Source: Methanomicrobiales archaeon
Lineage (GTDB): Archaea; Halobacteriota; Methanomicrobia; Methanomicrobiales; JACTUA01
Direction: 5' to 3'
Assembly (NCBI GenBank): GCA_029907705.1
Contig: JARYLJ010000004.1
Coordinates: forward strand, 4,893 to 68,892
Length of the DNA: 64,000 nucleotides
This document shows, one piece after another, positions 51,707 to 61,385 of this stretch (positions within the stretch are counted from its first letter, which is position 1; every line of letters begins with the position of its first letter). The translations under genes and the position numbers were made by a program. The notes under the pieces were generated by a model, which saw only the letters and a list, made by a program, of their open reading frames with translations, was not told where the DNA came from and ran no database searches.

Positions 51707-52435
51707 ATGGCAGAAAAGAAACAACCGGCCAGCGGATGGCCGCTGGTGAAGGGGGACTTCCACTCGGGAGACCCGAACAATCCGATAGCCGTCGTCACGA
51801 TGGGCTCTCACCTCGACGAGGAGGGCATCTGCAAGGCAGGTGCCGCCATTGCAGGTTCCTGCAAGACCGAGAACCTCGGTCTCGAGAAGGTGATTGCGAA
51901 CATCATTGCGAACCCGAACATACGGTTCATGCTCTGCTGCGGCACCGAGGTGAAGGGGCACCTCTCGGGCCAGACCATGAAGGCGCTGCACAAGAACGGC
52001 GTGAAGGAGGGCAGGGTCGTCGGTGCGGAGGGAGCGATCCCGTTCATCGAGAACCTGAAGGAGGATGCGATCAAGCGCTTCCAGGAGCAGGTGGAGCTGG
52101 TCGACATCATGGAGACCGAGGACATGGGCAAGATCAAGGCGAAGATCGACGAGCTGAAGGCTCGTGATCCGGGCGCCTTCAAGGCAGATCCCATGGTGGT
52201 CGAGGTCAAGGAGGCAGCCGCCGGCGCCGGGGAGGTGACCGTGGCGGGTGCGAACCCGCAGTTCGTCGAGATCGAGAAGAGGCTCGACGCGATCGAGAAG
52301 AAGATCGAGTTCGCCGATGCAGAGATCGCACAGAGGGTCGGGAGGAAGATCGGCCGCGATATCGGTATTCTGTACGGGCTCGTGGCAGGGCTGATTATAT
52401 TCATGCTCCTGTTCCTGCTTGCATCCGTAGGTTAG
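51707..52435 (+). CDS. mtrA: MtrA-MtrG fusion protein
   Basis: MtrA domain followed by the MtrG motif RLD.IE.KIEF...[17 protein letters not shown]. Confidence 0.95.
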   Translation: MAEKKQPASGWPLVKGDFHSGDPNNPIAVVTMGSHLDEEGICKAGAAIAGSCKTENLGLEKVIANIIANPNIRFMLCCGTEVKGHLSGQTMKALHKNGVKEGRVVGAEGAIPFIENLKEDAIKRFQEQVELVDIMETEDMGKIKAKIDELKARDPGAFKADPMVVEVKEAAAGAGEVTVAGANPQFVEIEKRLDAIEKKIEFADAEIAQRVGRKIGRDIGILYGLVAGLIIFMLLFLLASVG

Positions 52436-52449
52436 GGAGGTAGGTGAAG

Positions 52450-53487
52450 ATGTTCAAATTCGAGAAAGAGCAGAGTGTATGGGATTTCAACGGAATCAAG
52501 CTCGGGGGCCAGCCGGGAGAGTATCCGACTGTGCTCGCCGGTTCGATATTCTATAACAAGCACGAGATCGTGCTTGACGACAAGGAAGGAAAGATAGACA
52601 AGCCGAAGGCGGAGTCACTATGGGCCAGATGCCAGGAGCTGGGTGACATCACGGATATTCCGCAGTTCATCCAGATCCTCGCCGAAGCGCCGAAGGCGAT
52701 GGAACGGTACATCGACTGGTTCGCCAGCATAGACAACAAGACGGCGTTCCTGATGGACTCTTCAGTTCCTTCCGTGCTCGCCAATGCATGCAAGTACGTG
52801 ACGGAGGTCGGCCTCGCGAACAGGGCGATCTACAACTCCATCAACGGCTCGATCCTTCCGGAGAACATCGAGGCGTTGAAGAACAGCGACGTGGATTCAG
52901 CGATCGTGCTCGCATTCAATCCCGCCGATCCCTCCGTGCCCGGCAGGCAGAAGGTGCTGGCAGAGGGAGGCGTCGCCGGTCAGCAGAAGGGCATGCTCCA
53001 GATCGCGGAGGAGTGCGACATCAAGCGCCCCATCCTCGATACGGCGGCCACACCCCTGGGGCTCGGTTCCGGCGGTTCATACCGTGAGATCCTCGCCTGC
53101 AAGGCCATATTCGGCTATCCCACGGGTGGTGCATACCACAACATGACCGTCGCCTGGACCTGGCTGAAGCGCTGGAAGGGTACGAGCAAGACCCCGTCGC
53201 AGCTGGCGGCGAGCTACAAGGGCAAGGATCTGCTGAAGGAGCAGATGCTCCACCACTACCTGGGCGGCATGGACGGTATGATCCAGGCGGCCTGGTCCGC
53301 CCCCGATATCGGGTGCAACATGGTGGCGAGCACACTCGGTGCCGATCTGATCATGTACGGCCCCATCGAGAACATCGAGGCGATGATCACCGCACAGGCA
53401 TACGTGGACATCGTCATCTGCGAGGCGATGAGATCCCTCGGTGTGGATGTGAAGTCGGAGAAGCACCCGATCTTCAAACTCATCTGA
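52450..53487 (+). CDS. mtrH: H4MPT S-methyltransferase subunit H
   Basis: MFKFEKEQ, GGQPGEYPTVL.GSIFY, IYNSIN, GAD..MYGPIEN. Confidence 0.97.
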   Translation: MFKFEKEQSVWDFNGIKLGGQPGEYPTVLAGSIFYNKHEIVLDDKEGKIDKPKAESLWARCQELGDITDIPQFIQILAEAPKAMERYIDWFASIDNKTAFLMDSSVPSVLANACKYVTEVGLANRAIYNSINGSILPENIEALKNSDVDSAIVLAFNPADPSVPGRQKVLAEGGVAGQQKGMLQIAEECDIKRPILDTAATPLGLGSGGSYREILACKAIFGYPTGGAYHNMTVAWTWLKRWKGTSKTPSQLAASYKGKDLLKEQMLHHYLGGMDGMIQAAWSAPDIGCNMVASTLGADLIMYGPIENIEAMITAQAYVDIVICEAMRSLGVDVKSEKHPIFKLI

Positions 53488-53489
53488 AA

Positions 53490-53500
53490 CCTTTTTTTCT
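53490..53500 (+). terminator. T-tract terminator after mtrH
   Basis: ccTTTTTTTct directly after the stop. Confidence 0.55.
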
Positions 53501-54246
53501 GGATCTGCCCCCCCTTGGGGAAGGGGGATACAAAGGGGCCCGAACATATCTGAATCGTACCGTGATTCGAAGTCATTCGGGTTCGACAAAGGAATCATCA
53601 ACTTTACCAGACGATCTCGAAGAAACATCGACAATCATCCCATTAAAAATCCGCTGGAACCACTGTCTCTTCATTGTTACGCGATGGATGAATACTCCCG
53701 CCTCCGCATTCGCTCTGTCTCTGTTGCTCTGTCGCTGGCCCCCCGGTCCGCGATTCATTTTACCTCTGTTTTTTCGGAGCTGTGGTTCTGTCACATGGAG
53801 TGATTCAGTGAAGGGCATGAACAGGCGATCGCTCCAGATCGGACGCCGATAGGCGCGCCGTGGAGCCATCCATCCTCCTTATCATCGATCTCGCCTGAAG
53901 CAGGAGAAACACACTCACGCTCCTTTCGGGGATCCGATGATCTAAACCCCTTCCATTTCGACGATCCATCGGTGTCCGAGTATCCTCTATTTTCTCGAGC
54001 AGACGTGGTTATCACGACTTAGAACAGAAGTACGTAGGGGAATTCTGGATTCACGACATCGCTCGTGTCACTGCGACGAGATCGACCGACGCCGCTGCAT
54101 ACATGCCATACCGATCGCTCGAAGCCCGTCCTGAGGTGGAAAGGGGGATCGCTGAAGTGGGCGCCGGAGCGGCGGGTGCAGAGCCGGGCGTCGCCTCATG
54201 GGTGAATGGATGATGACCGGATCGCGCCGTCAAAGTCCTTCGGATT

Positions 54247-55851
54247 TCATCCTCCTCCACCACTGTATCCGAGTTCCCTCGCCCTCCTGATGCACTCCTC
54301 CGCCTCCTCCTGCCTTCCGAGCACCTGCAGCGCCCTGCCTTTGCTGTACCAGGCGGCTGCATGGGTGGCGTTGATCCCGAGGAGCCGGTCGAAGGCAGCG
54401 ATGCCTGCATCCAGATCTCCGAGTCTGCAGAGGACGAAGGCCTTGTTGAACCACGCCACGCGATTTTCAGGCTCCACACCCAGCACCCGCTCGAACTCCT
54501 TCAGTGCTTCCGCATAACGCCCGAGCGAACGGAGTGCAACACCGCGGTTGTGGAGCGCGACGATATTCGAGGGGTCGAGTTCGAGCACCCGGTCGAAGAG
54601 TACGAGCGCCTCTTCTGCCTTTCCTTCACGGCGCAGCTCCACGCCGCACTTATTCAGATCCTCCACGAGCAGCGTCCTCTCCACGTCCGTGGTCCGGATG
54701 CTGATCTTCTCCTCCTCCTCTTTCCGCTCCTTGGATACGCCTGCACGTTCCGATTCCTGGATCACCACCTTCTTCTCCGACGGCAACGGCAGCGGAGCCG
54801 CCGGCTCCCCCTCCCTGATTCTGATCCGCTCACGTTCGGCCTGAGAAAGGGGCGCAACATCGGGTGGCGAATCCTCCTTGATCTTCGTGCGATCCCTTCC
54901 GATTCCCGTCTCGAAGGGTGAGTTCTCCTCATCGAGCGGTTCCATTATGGTCGGCGCATCCTTCAATGGCTTCTTCGGGGTGGTGGCCGACTCCTCCCTG
55001 ATCAGGGGGCGTTCGGGCAGGGTCGTGGCAGAGGGATGCCAATTATGATTCGGAACGACAGTCTCCTGCCTCGAAGTCGTCGTCACGGCTCTTTTCTGGC
55101 TGTCATCGGCTGGAACATTCAAATTTATCACCGTTTCAGCCGGTTTGACGCCATCCATTCCGGTCTGAGGCAGCGGCTGGAGTTGAGGTGTGACTGCTCG
55201 AGGCCTTGATTTTTTTTCAGGTTCGACCATCAAACGGACTAGCTCCATCTTCGCCGTCGCCAGATCGACCTTCAGCCTTCCCAGATGCAACTTCAGTGGC
55301 CCCCACAGCGGTGCGATCTTCGCCAGGTCGGCGCGGTTAAGCGAGAGGAGTTGCTCGATCCCCCTGCACCGTTCTTCGGCGGCAGTCATCTTCTCCTCCG
55401 CTGCTCCGCTCAACTCCCTCATGCGTTCGAAATCGACCTCTGCCTGCGTGAGGGAGATACCCGCCTCCACGAGCTGCAATCTGAGCTCCGCGAGCATGAT
55501 GCGGAGCTGCCCTGCCATACCAGGGGGAATCACGTCGTACTGCCTCTTCAGCAGTTGTTCCATCTCTCTCACGGTGCTCTCCGATGCCTCTAGCCTCTCC
55601 CGCACTCTCCCGATGTCCACCGCACTCTCTTCTTCCGCCCTCTTTAGCTTCGGTGCGTGGCGGAAGGCGTCACCGAGGAGAGGTGGTTCATGGTCGGTCT
55701 CCTCCTTCGGAGTCGAGGAATCCAGCCGGCCTGCGGTACTGCCGATGATCCGGTCGGTTTTTTCCCGCTCCATCTCCTCTTCGTCTGTACCTCTATCCTC
55801 CACCGCCACCCGCTCCCCCCTGCCCTTCACCAGCCTCCTGAAGATCCCCAT
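54247..55851 (-). CDS. TPR-repeat protein with N-terminal coiled coil and Pro/Glu-rich linker
   Basis: About four C-terminal TPRs (ALHNRGVAL..LGRY.EAL..F, AWFNKA, AWYSKG.AL..LG). Confidence 0.85.
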   Translation of the reverse strand: MGIFRRLVKGRGERVAVEDRGTDEEEMEREKTDRIIGSTAGRLDSSTPKEETDHEPPLLGDAFRHAPKLKRAEEESAVDIGRVRERLEASESTVREMEQLLKRQYDVIPPGMAGQLRIMLAELRLQLVEAGISLTQAEVDFERMRELSGAAEEKMTAAEERCRGIEQLLSLNRADLAKIAPLWGPLKLHLGRLKVDLATAKMELVRLMVEPEKKSRPRAVTPQLQPLPQTGMDGVKPAETVINLNVPADDSQKRAVTTTSRQETVVPNHNWHPSATTLPERPLIREESATTPKKPLKDAPTIMEPLDEENSPFETGIGRDRTKIKEDSPPDVAPLSQAERERIRIREGEPAAPLPLPSEKKVVIQESERAGVSKERKEEEEKISIRTTDVERTLLVEDLNKCGVELRREGKAEEALVLFDRVLELDPSNIVALHNRGVALRSLGRYAEALKEFERVLGVEPENRVAWFNKAFVLCRLGDLDAGIAAFDRLLGINATHAAAWYSKGRALQVLGRQEEAEECIRRARELGYSGGGG

Positions 55852-56062
55852 CCGATCCCTCCCGTCATCCGGAGTCTCTTTTCATGGCGGACTCATATAC
55901 TTTCTTTAATATCATCCTCACAGAGGAGATGATTTCGGAATAGAACGATATGCCTATCATGGGACTGGGGCAATATTAGGGGAAGAGTGCCGTGAAGGTC
56001 AGGGCAGGGGGGATGCAGTTATTTCAGGGGGATTGGATCGCGGTCATCGGCTGAATTCCAGC

Positions 56063-56707
56063 ATGGGCCTTCTGGTCTCCCTCTTCAGAATCGTCCTGCC
56101 ATTCTTCATCGGTCTTATCTACCTCGTTCTGATTCATGCGGCTCTGCCCTGGGAGGAATTCAGGAATATGACGCTCCTCATGATCGCATACCTCGTACCT
56201 CCCGCAGGGAAAGAGTCCGTCATACCGGCAGGCATCGCGCTCGGCCTGCCTGTATGGGTGGTGGTACCCTCCATCGCCATCCTGGATATACTCGCAGGCC
56301 TCTTCATAGCCCTGAACTTCGATCTGGCCCTGAAGATCCCATTGCTCGGGCGATGGATCGAGAACTTCCTCAGATGCGGCCAGCAGTTTCTGAGCGAGAG
56401 GAAGTGGCTCGAGAGGCTGTATTTCATCGGAATCGTCATTTTCGTCATGTTCCCGCTCCAGGGATCGGGGGGCATCGGTGGGAGTATCGTGGGCCGCATG
56501 CTTGGAATGTCGAGACTGGAGGTCTTCACCGCGATTACAGTCGGGGCATTTCTCGGGTGCATCCTAATCGCGATCGCATCCGCCTCGCTCAGGTTCCTCT
56601 TCGAGCAGAGCGCGATCATCGGCCTTTCTGTGGTCGCGATCGCCATCATTCTTGTTCTCATCATTTATTCGAGGAGAAGATGCGGGATCCTGAACTGTGA
56701 ACGATGA
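56063..56707 (+). CDS. Small multidrug export-family membrane protein
   Basis: PPAGKES.IP.G, FV..P.QGSG...G..VG..LG; several TM helices. Confidence 0.75.
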   Translation: MGLLVSLFRIVLPFFIGLIYLVLIHAALPWEEFRNMTLLMIAYLVPPAGKESVIPAGIALGLPVWVVVPSIAILDILAGLFIALNFDLALKIPLLGRWIENFLRCGQQFLSERKWLERLYFIGIVIFVMFPLQGSGGIGGSIVGRMLGMSRLEVFTAITVGAFLGCILIAIASASLRFLFEQSAIIGLSVVAIAIILVLIIYSRRRCGILNCER

Positions 56708-56725
56708 GTCGGGGCGGGCATCCGG

Positions 56726-58234
56726 TCACGGGGTGCCCCTGTTGCCACGGGCCTTCACCTTCGAACCCGCCTCGATATGGAGCCCACCCTTCCTGTTTCC
56801 TTCCAGATCGTTCTCCTCCACACGGCCCCTTCCTTTCTTGTGCACCCAGATGCCCGCATCGCCGTTCTCCGTGATGGTGCACCTCCTGATGAAGGGAGAC
56901 CCTTCCTCCTTGATCGATACTCCGGAGTAGTCGTTTCGGGTGATCGTGCACCCCTCGATGGTCCCCCGGCCCTTCTGGCTGACTCTGATCCCGAAGAGGC
57001 ACCGATGTACCCGGCATCTTTTCACGGAAGGGTCTCCGCCCTCTGTGATCCTGATCCCCTCGCGGCTTCCCTTCACCTCGCAGTTTTCGAGTGTGCCCTT
57101 CCCCTTATTCGATATCTCGATTCCCGTCTGTCCGTTTTCTATCGCGCACTGGAGGAGATGTGGATCGGCGAGCTCCTGGATGGAGATGCCTGCATACACC
57201 GCGCCTGAGATCGTGCATCGCTCCATCAACCCCCTCGATCGTTCTCTGAACTCCATGCATGCGTGCCCACCCTTCACTGAAGAGTCTTTCATCACCGGAG
57301 CGGCGCCGCCACAGACATGCACAGCAGCCGATGCGGGGGACCGGCTCGTAATGGTGGTGAACTCGATGACCGGTTTCGATCTCGAATCGCAGCAGATTCC
57401 CTCCCCCTCACCGGTCTCGATCCGGCAACGCCTGATCGTGGGGGTGGTTCCTGCACCCGAGATGCGTATGCCCTCCGAGGCAGAAACGATGCTACAGTCC
57501 TCCATCAGTGCCGATCCCCTCCTGAATTCGACCGCGGGAACATCCAGCTTCTCGGAAGGTGCATACACGAAGGTGAGGCCGTGCACATACGCGCTCTTCG
57601 AGACGACGAGGATGGTGCCACCCGGCGGCGAGACGATCACCTCGGATGGCCTCCCCTCTCCGATCACCTCCACCTCCTTCGAGATCGTCAGGTTCTCCCG
57701 ATAGGTACCGGGCCTGACGAAGATTCTGGCGCCCTGACCCGACATTTCGAGCGCATCGCCGATCCTCTGGAAGTCTCCCGCACCGGATGCATCGACGATC
57801 AGGCTTTTTATGGCGATCTCTCTCCTGGACACCTTTTTCGCTGGCCTCCTTCTCTTCGCACCCGATTCAGGCAGCTTCTGCGACCCCCCTCCGGAGAATG
57901 GCGGTATATCTTTATCCAGCACGCCGAGGGCGAGTGCCCATGTGACGACCGCCCAGAGTGCCCACTCACGATCGATACCCGCCTCATCGAAGAGGCGGGA
58001 GGACAGGGAGTGTATGAGCTCCTCCCTCGAAAAAACCTCCGGCAGATCGAGCAGCGCATCGCATATGCCATATTTCAGGGCGGCCACGAGGACCGCGGTC
58101 TCCCTCCTCCCCTGCGGGCACATGTCTCTCAGGAAGGCCTCGCACCTCGACGGCTCTCTGCAGAGGGCGGTCCCGTGGATCCCGAGGAGCTGACCGAGCG
58201 CCTCCCGAACCTGTGCACGAGAGTCTACCGACAT
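56726..58234 (-). CDS. Right-handed parallel beta-helix protein with a helical N-terminal domain
   Basis: VDASG.GDF..I..A, I.V.PG.Y.E.L, then repeated G(I/V).(I/V)....P.I..C.I units. Start ATG 58234 or TTG 58255. Confidence 0.85.
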   Translation of the reverse strand: MSVDSRAQVREALGQLLGIHGTALCREPSRCEAFLRDMCPQGRRETAVLVAALKYGICDALLDLPEVFSREELIHSLSSRLFDEAGIDREWALWAVVTWALALGVLDKDIPPFSGGGSQKLPESGAKRRRPAKKVSRREIAIKSLIVDASGAGDFQRIGDALEMSGQGARIFVRPGTYRENLTISKEVEVIGEGRPSEVIVSPPGGTILVVSKSAYVHGLTFVYAPSEKLDVPAVEFRRGSALMEDCSIVSASEGIRISGAGTTPTIRRCRIETGEGEGICCDSRSKPVIEFTTITSRSPASAAVHVCGGAAPVMKDSSVKGGHACMEFRERSRGLMERCTISGAVYAGISIQELADPHLLQCAIENGQTGIEISNKGKGTLENCEVKGSREGIRITEGGDPSVKRCRVHRCLFGIRVSQKGRGTIEGCTITRNDYSGVSIKEEGSPFIRRCTITENGDAGIWVHKKGRGRVEENDLEGNRKGGLHIEAGSKVKARGNRGTP

Positions 58235-58244
58235 TCCTGAACCG

Positions 58245-59576
58245 TTATCCTGCAATCTCGATCTCCGAACCCTCCACCGTCAGATGTATACCCGGATTGA
58301 GGGGCACTGCCTTCTGCGGAGGTATCTCGATCCGTCTTCCATCGGGGAGTGTGGCCAGCCATGAACTCTGCGTGAGGTTTCTGATGCCCCACAACGAGGG
58401 ATCGTCGGGATGCCTGGTCACCCTTCCCAGAATCGCCCCCTCGTCCTCTTCCGGAATCTTTCTTGTGAAGTGCCTCCGGAGGAGGGAGCTGCCCTCCGAG
58501 AGCACGAGATAATGGTCCCCGGCGTGCCCCCTGATCAGAATCCTCGGGTGGACCGGGAGGGGTGTATGGCAATGCCAGCAGTTCTTCGCCGGCACCGCAG
58601 GCTCCTGGAAGTTCTCCGCCCGGCATTTGAGGCACAGTACGATCGCGTCCTCGAGCTGGAGGAATGCCCGCTGCCACTCCCCCTCGGTTACACGCTGGGA
58701 CGGGTTCTTCAGCCCGACCGTGAAGGCCCTAATGAAGATCTCCTGAAGCAAACGGGGGCAGGATTCCCACCTCTTCACGACCGTCGTATAGGCAGGATCC
58801 GGCGGGGGCCTGTTTCTCCCATCCTTTGGATCGAAGATGAAGACCGGATCCTCCCCGTATATCCTCTTTTTTGCCGGAATATCCCATACGCGGAGGTTGT
58901 ACTCCATCTCACCGTGGAAGGGGTGGTGCCAGCACCAGAGGTTGAAGAGGAGGACGGCGAGGGAGTGGAGATCGGTCTCCGTCGAGGGATCGCACCTTCC
59001 CACAATCAGCTCCGGGGCCATGAACTCCATGGTCCCCCACACCTGGCTGCACGACTGCCGGTTCACGCCCACGTTGTCGTTGTCGCATATCAACACGTCC
59101 CCGGTTGCAGGATCGAACATCAGGTTCCCGTCCGAGATGTCACGATAGCAGTAACCGTTCAGATGCAACGCCCGGTAGCTGTTCGCGAGCCGGTAGGAGA
59201 TGATGCAGAGGTTTCTGTACGATGGCGGAGGTTTAAGGCCTGCCTGCACCTCCCCCAGCACTGCGAATCTCGAGGTGTCGATGAGCTTCATGATGTATCC
59301 GAAGAGGCGCGAGTTCGGAGCGGTGACCAGATCGAGCGGCCATATGAATCTCGCTCCGGCCGCCCCCCGCGGGGGCCCTGATCTGACCAGCCCCCTGATC
59401 GCTGCCCGCTGCTCCTCTGTCGCCTGTGCAGGTTTGTACCACTTGCAGGCATATTCGCCCTTACCGCTCGCGACGAGATAGACCTCCCCCTGAGTCCCTT
59501 CTCCGATGCGTTTCTTCACCGTAAAGGTGCGACCCGAGTTTTCACCCTGGATCTTCTCTCCTGCTTCAAGCGTCAT
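58245..59576 (-). CDS. Ser/Thr protein kinase (YegI/TerY-P type) with zinc ribbon
   Basis: IGEGTQGEVY, KWY, YRDISDGN, CDNDN, GT.EFMAPE, TDLHSLAV; CLKC..CWHC. Confidence 0.9.
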   Translation of the reverse strand: MTLEAGEKIQGENSGRTFTVKKRIGEGTQGEVYLVASGKGEYACKWYKPAQATEEQRAAIRGLVRSGPPRGAAGARFIWPLDLVTAPNSRLFGYIMKLIDTSRFAVLGEVQAGLKPPPSYRNLCIISYRLANSYRALHLNGYCYRDISDGNLMFDPATGDVLICDNDNVGVNRQSCSQVWGTMEFMAPELIVGRCDPSTETDLHSLAVLLFNLWCWHHPFHGEMEYNLRVWDIPAKKRIYGEDPVFIFDPKDGRNRPPPDPAYTTVVKRWESCPRLLQEIFIRAFTVGLKNPSQRVTEGEWQRAFLQLEDAIVLCLKCRAENFQEPAVPAKNCWHCHTPLPVHPRILIRGHAGDHYLVLSEGSSLLRRHFTRKIPEEDEGAILGRVTRHPDDPSLWGIRNLTQSSWLATLPDGRRIEIPPQKAVPLNPGIHLTVEGSEIEIAG

Positions 59577-60504
59577 CGATCACCCCGCCCTCTATTGGAT
59601 CTCTTCTCTTTGCCCGATCGTTCCTCTCGATCTCTTCAGTGCATCTCTCCGGTTCGATCGCCACGATCGCAATGGTGATGTCATCGCCCGAACCCAGTTC
59701 AGAGTACTGCGCCAGCCACGAGGGGAGGGAGCCTGCCACCCTCTCGATACCGTACTCGCCGATCCGCTCGCCCAGGCTTTTAAGAAATACCTCGAATTCA
59801 GGACTTTCGCTACCCCCGAATGAGTCCGAGAGTCCATCGGTGGCGAGCAGGAGGAGTCCACCCCGCTCTCGGGGCAGGATCGCGCTCTGCCATAACGTGG
59901 TCGCATTCCGCGAGGAGATCGAGTTCGTGATATTTCCCAGCAGAACGCCCTCCTCGGGGACCGGATGCTCTATCCTTCCATCGGGACGGATCAGCGCGAT
60001 ATCTCCATCTCCGATACGCCCGGTGAAGATCCAGTCCTTCTGGACAGAGGCGGTGAGAAGGGTGGTTCCATACCTCCTGATCGCCATCTCCCTTCCATTC
60101 TCAGTCTGGATGGCATCGGGGCCGAGCCGCACCCTCGCATCTTCGATCACCTCCTCCCGCCAGCGCAGGGTCATCTGCGCGGCGAACTCCCCTCCGAAGA
60201 TCTCCCTCGCCGATGTCGCCGATCCGACCCTCTCGAAGGAGTATCTCGGGGAGGTTAGGATGTGGATCGCCTCCCGGACCGCGATGAGCGCCCCTGCATG
60301 CGAGAGATCGTGCTGCCGGTCACCGTGGCCGTCCGCAAGGGCGGCCACGACGGAGGGCTCCGCCAGATACGAACCGGCCCAGAGTGCAGAGGCATCCTGA
60401 CACGGTCTGTTCGTCCTCCGGTGGGAGGCGCCCCTGCATGAACAGACGAATGCCCATCCGATTCCCGCCTCGCGGAGCGGGATTATGCCGCAATCGCTCC
60501 TCAT
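59566..60504 (-). CDS. PP2C-family protein phosphatase (YegK/TerY-P type)
   Basis: S.RGASH....PCQDA, ADGHG, GTTL, IGDG, LATDGL, DDITI. Confidence 0.9.
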   Translation of the reverse strand: MRSDCGIIPLREAGIGWAFVCSCRGASHRRTNRPCQDASALWAGSYLAEPSVVAALADGHGDRQHDLSHAGALIAVREAIHILTSPRYSFERVGSATSAREIFGGEFAAQMTLRWREEVIEDARVRLGPDAIQTENGREMAIRRYGTTLLTASVQKDWIFTGRIGDGDIALIRPDGRIEHPVPEEGVLLGNITNSISSRNATTLWQSAILPRERGGLLLLATDGLSDSFGGSESPEFEVFLKSLGERIGEYGIERVAGSLPSWLAQYSELGSGDDITIAIVAIEPERCTEEIERNDRAKRRDPIEGGVIDDA

Positions 60505-60513
60505 GGCAGATCA

Positions 60514-61233
60514 TCAGAATGGCTCGGTCGAAGAGGTGATGGTGGGGGGAGGGGGACCGAGCACCACGTTGCCCGTCTCGCCTGAGAGATCTTTGCTCTT
60601 GCTCCTCGAGGAGCCGAGAGTCGCCTCTGTGGACGCCCATTTTATAAAATTCAGAAGCTCTTCCGGATTGTGGGCCTTCAGCAGACCGACATTCGGCTGA
60701 TTCACGAACTTCAGGAGTTCCCTCTCGTTGTATTCGCTCTCCTCCCCGATGGCAATCGCCAGTCGAATCGCCTTCATGCCCCATGGTATCCGGTTCAGTT
60801 CTGCGATAGCGCGGTTGTACTCCTCCTCCGGATCCGTGCAGAATCCATCCGAGATGAGAATGCAGACCGGTGGAAATCCACGCCTCGGCATGCGTTCGAT
60901 GGAGAGCGCCTTCACCAGCAGTTCGATCGCCCTCGCGGTCGCAGTGAGGCCGTCTGCCTCCAGTTCTGGCCATGAGAACTGCTCCAGAGAGACCGGATCC
61001 GGACCTATATGCCAGGATGCCTCATCGGAGAATTTTATCGCCGCCATCATGACCTGCACCTGGGGATGTGCGGCCACCGCCTGTCTTATCAATGGCAGCG
61101 CCTCCCGTATCGCCTGGTTGAGCGTTGCGATCTTCTTGCCGCCCATCGATGCGGAATAATCCGTGAGCCAGAAGAAATTGAGTGTCCTCCGTGTGACCTG
61201 CCCTGCCGGTGCGGGTATATCCTGCATTGTCAT
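60514..61233 (-). CDS. vWA-domain protein (TerY/YegL type)
   Basis: MIDAS DYSASM.G.KI..LN, G.T....A, P..ILISDG, R.AIAIG. Confidence 0.9.
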   Translation of the reverse strand: MTMQDIPAPAGQVTRRTLNFFWLTDYSASMGGKKIATLNQAIREALPLIRQAVAAHPQVQVMMAAIKFSDEASWHIGPDPVSLEQFSWPELEADGLTATARAIELLVKALSIERMPRRGFPPVCILISDGFCTDPEEEYNRAIAELNRIPWGMKAIRLAIAIGEESEYNERELLKFVNQPNVGLLKAHNPEELLNFIKWASTEATLGSSRSKSKDLSGETGNVVLGPPPPTITSSTEPF

Positions 61234-61385
61234 CCCTCCAGAAACTCTCCTAATTATCTGGTGATAGCCACAATAATAATCTCTTTATTCTCTCTTTTTT
61301 GCAATGCACAAATATTTTCTGCTCTTCTGAACGATTAGACTGTATTTCATCGGGAACGCTCTAATAAAACCCAATTTTCATCGTT

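Larger units (their letters stand above)
50745..52230 (+). repeat. 539-bp direct repeat (50745-51283 and 51692-52230) covering the RBS and MtrA corrinoid domain
   Basis: No differences seen by eye; overlapping alternate-frame ORFs (50789.. and 51736..) translate identically. Confidence 0.92.

Noticed and set aside
53501-54246. Short ORFs between mtrH and the TPR gene
   Set aside because: No motifs or coherent coding signal.
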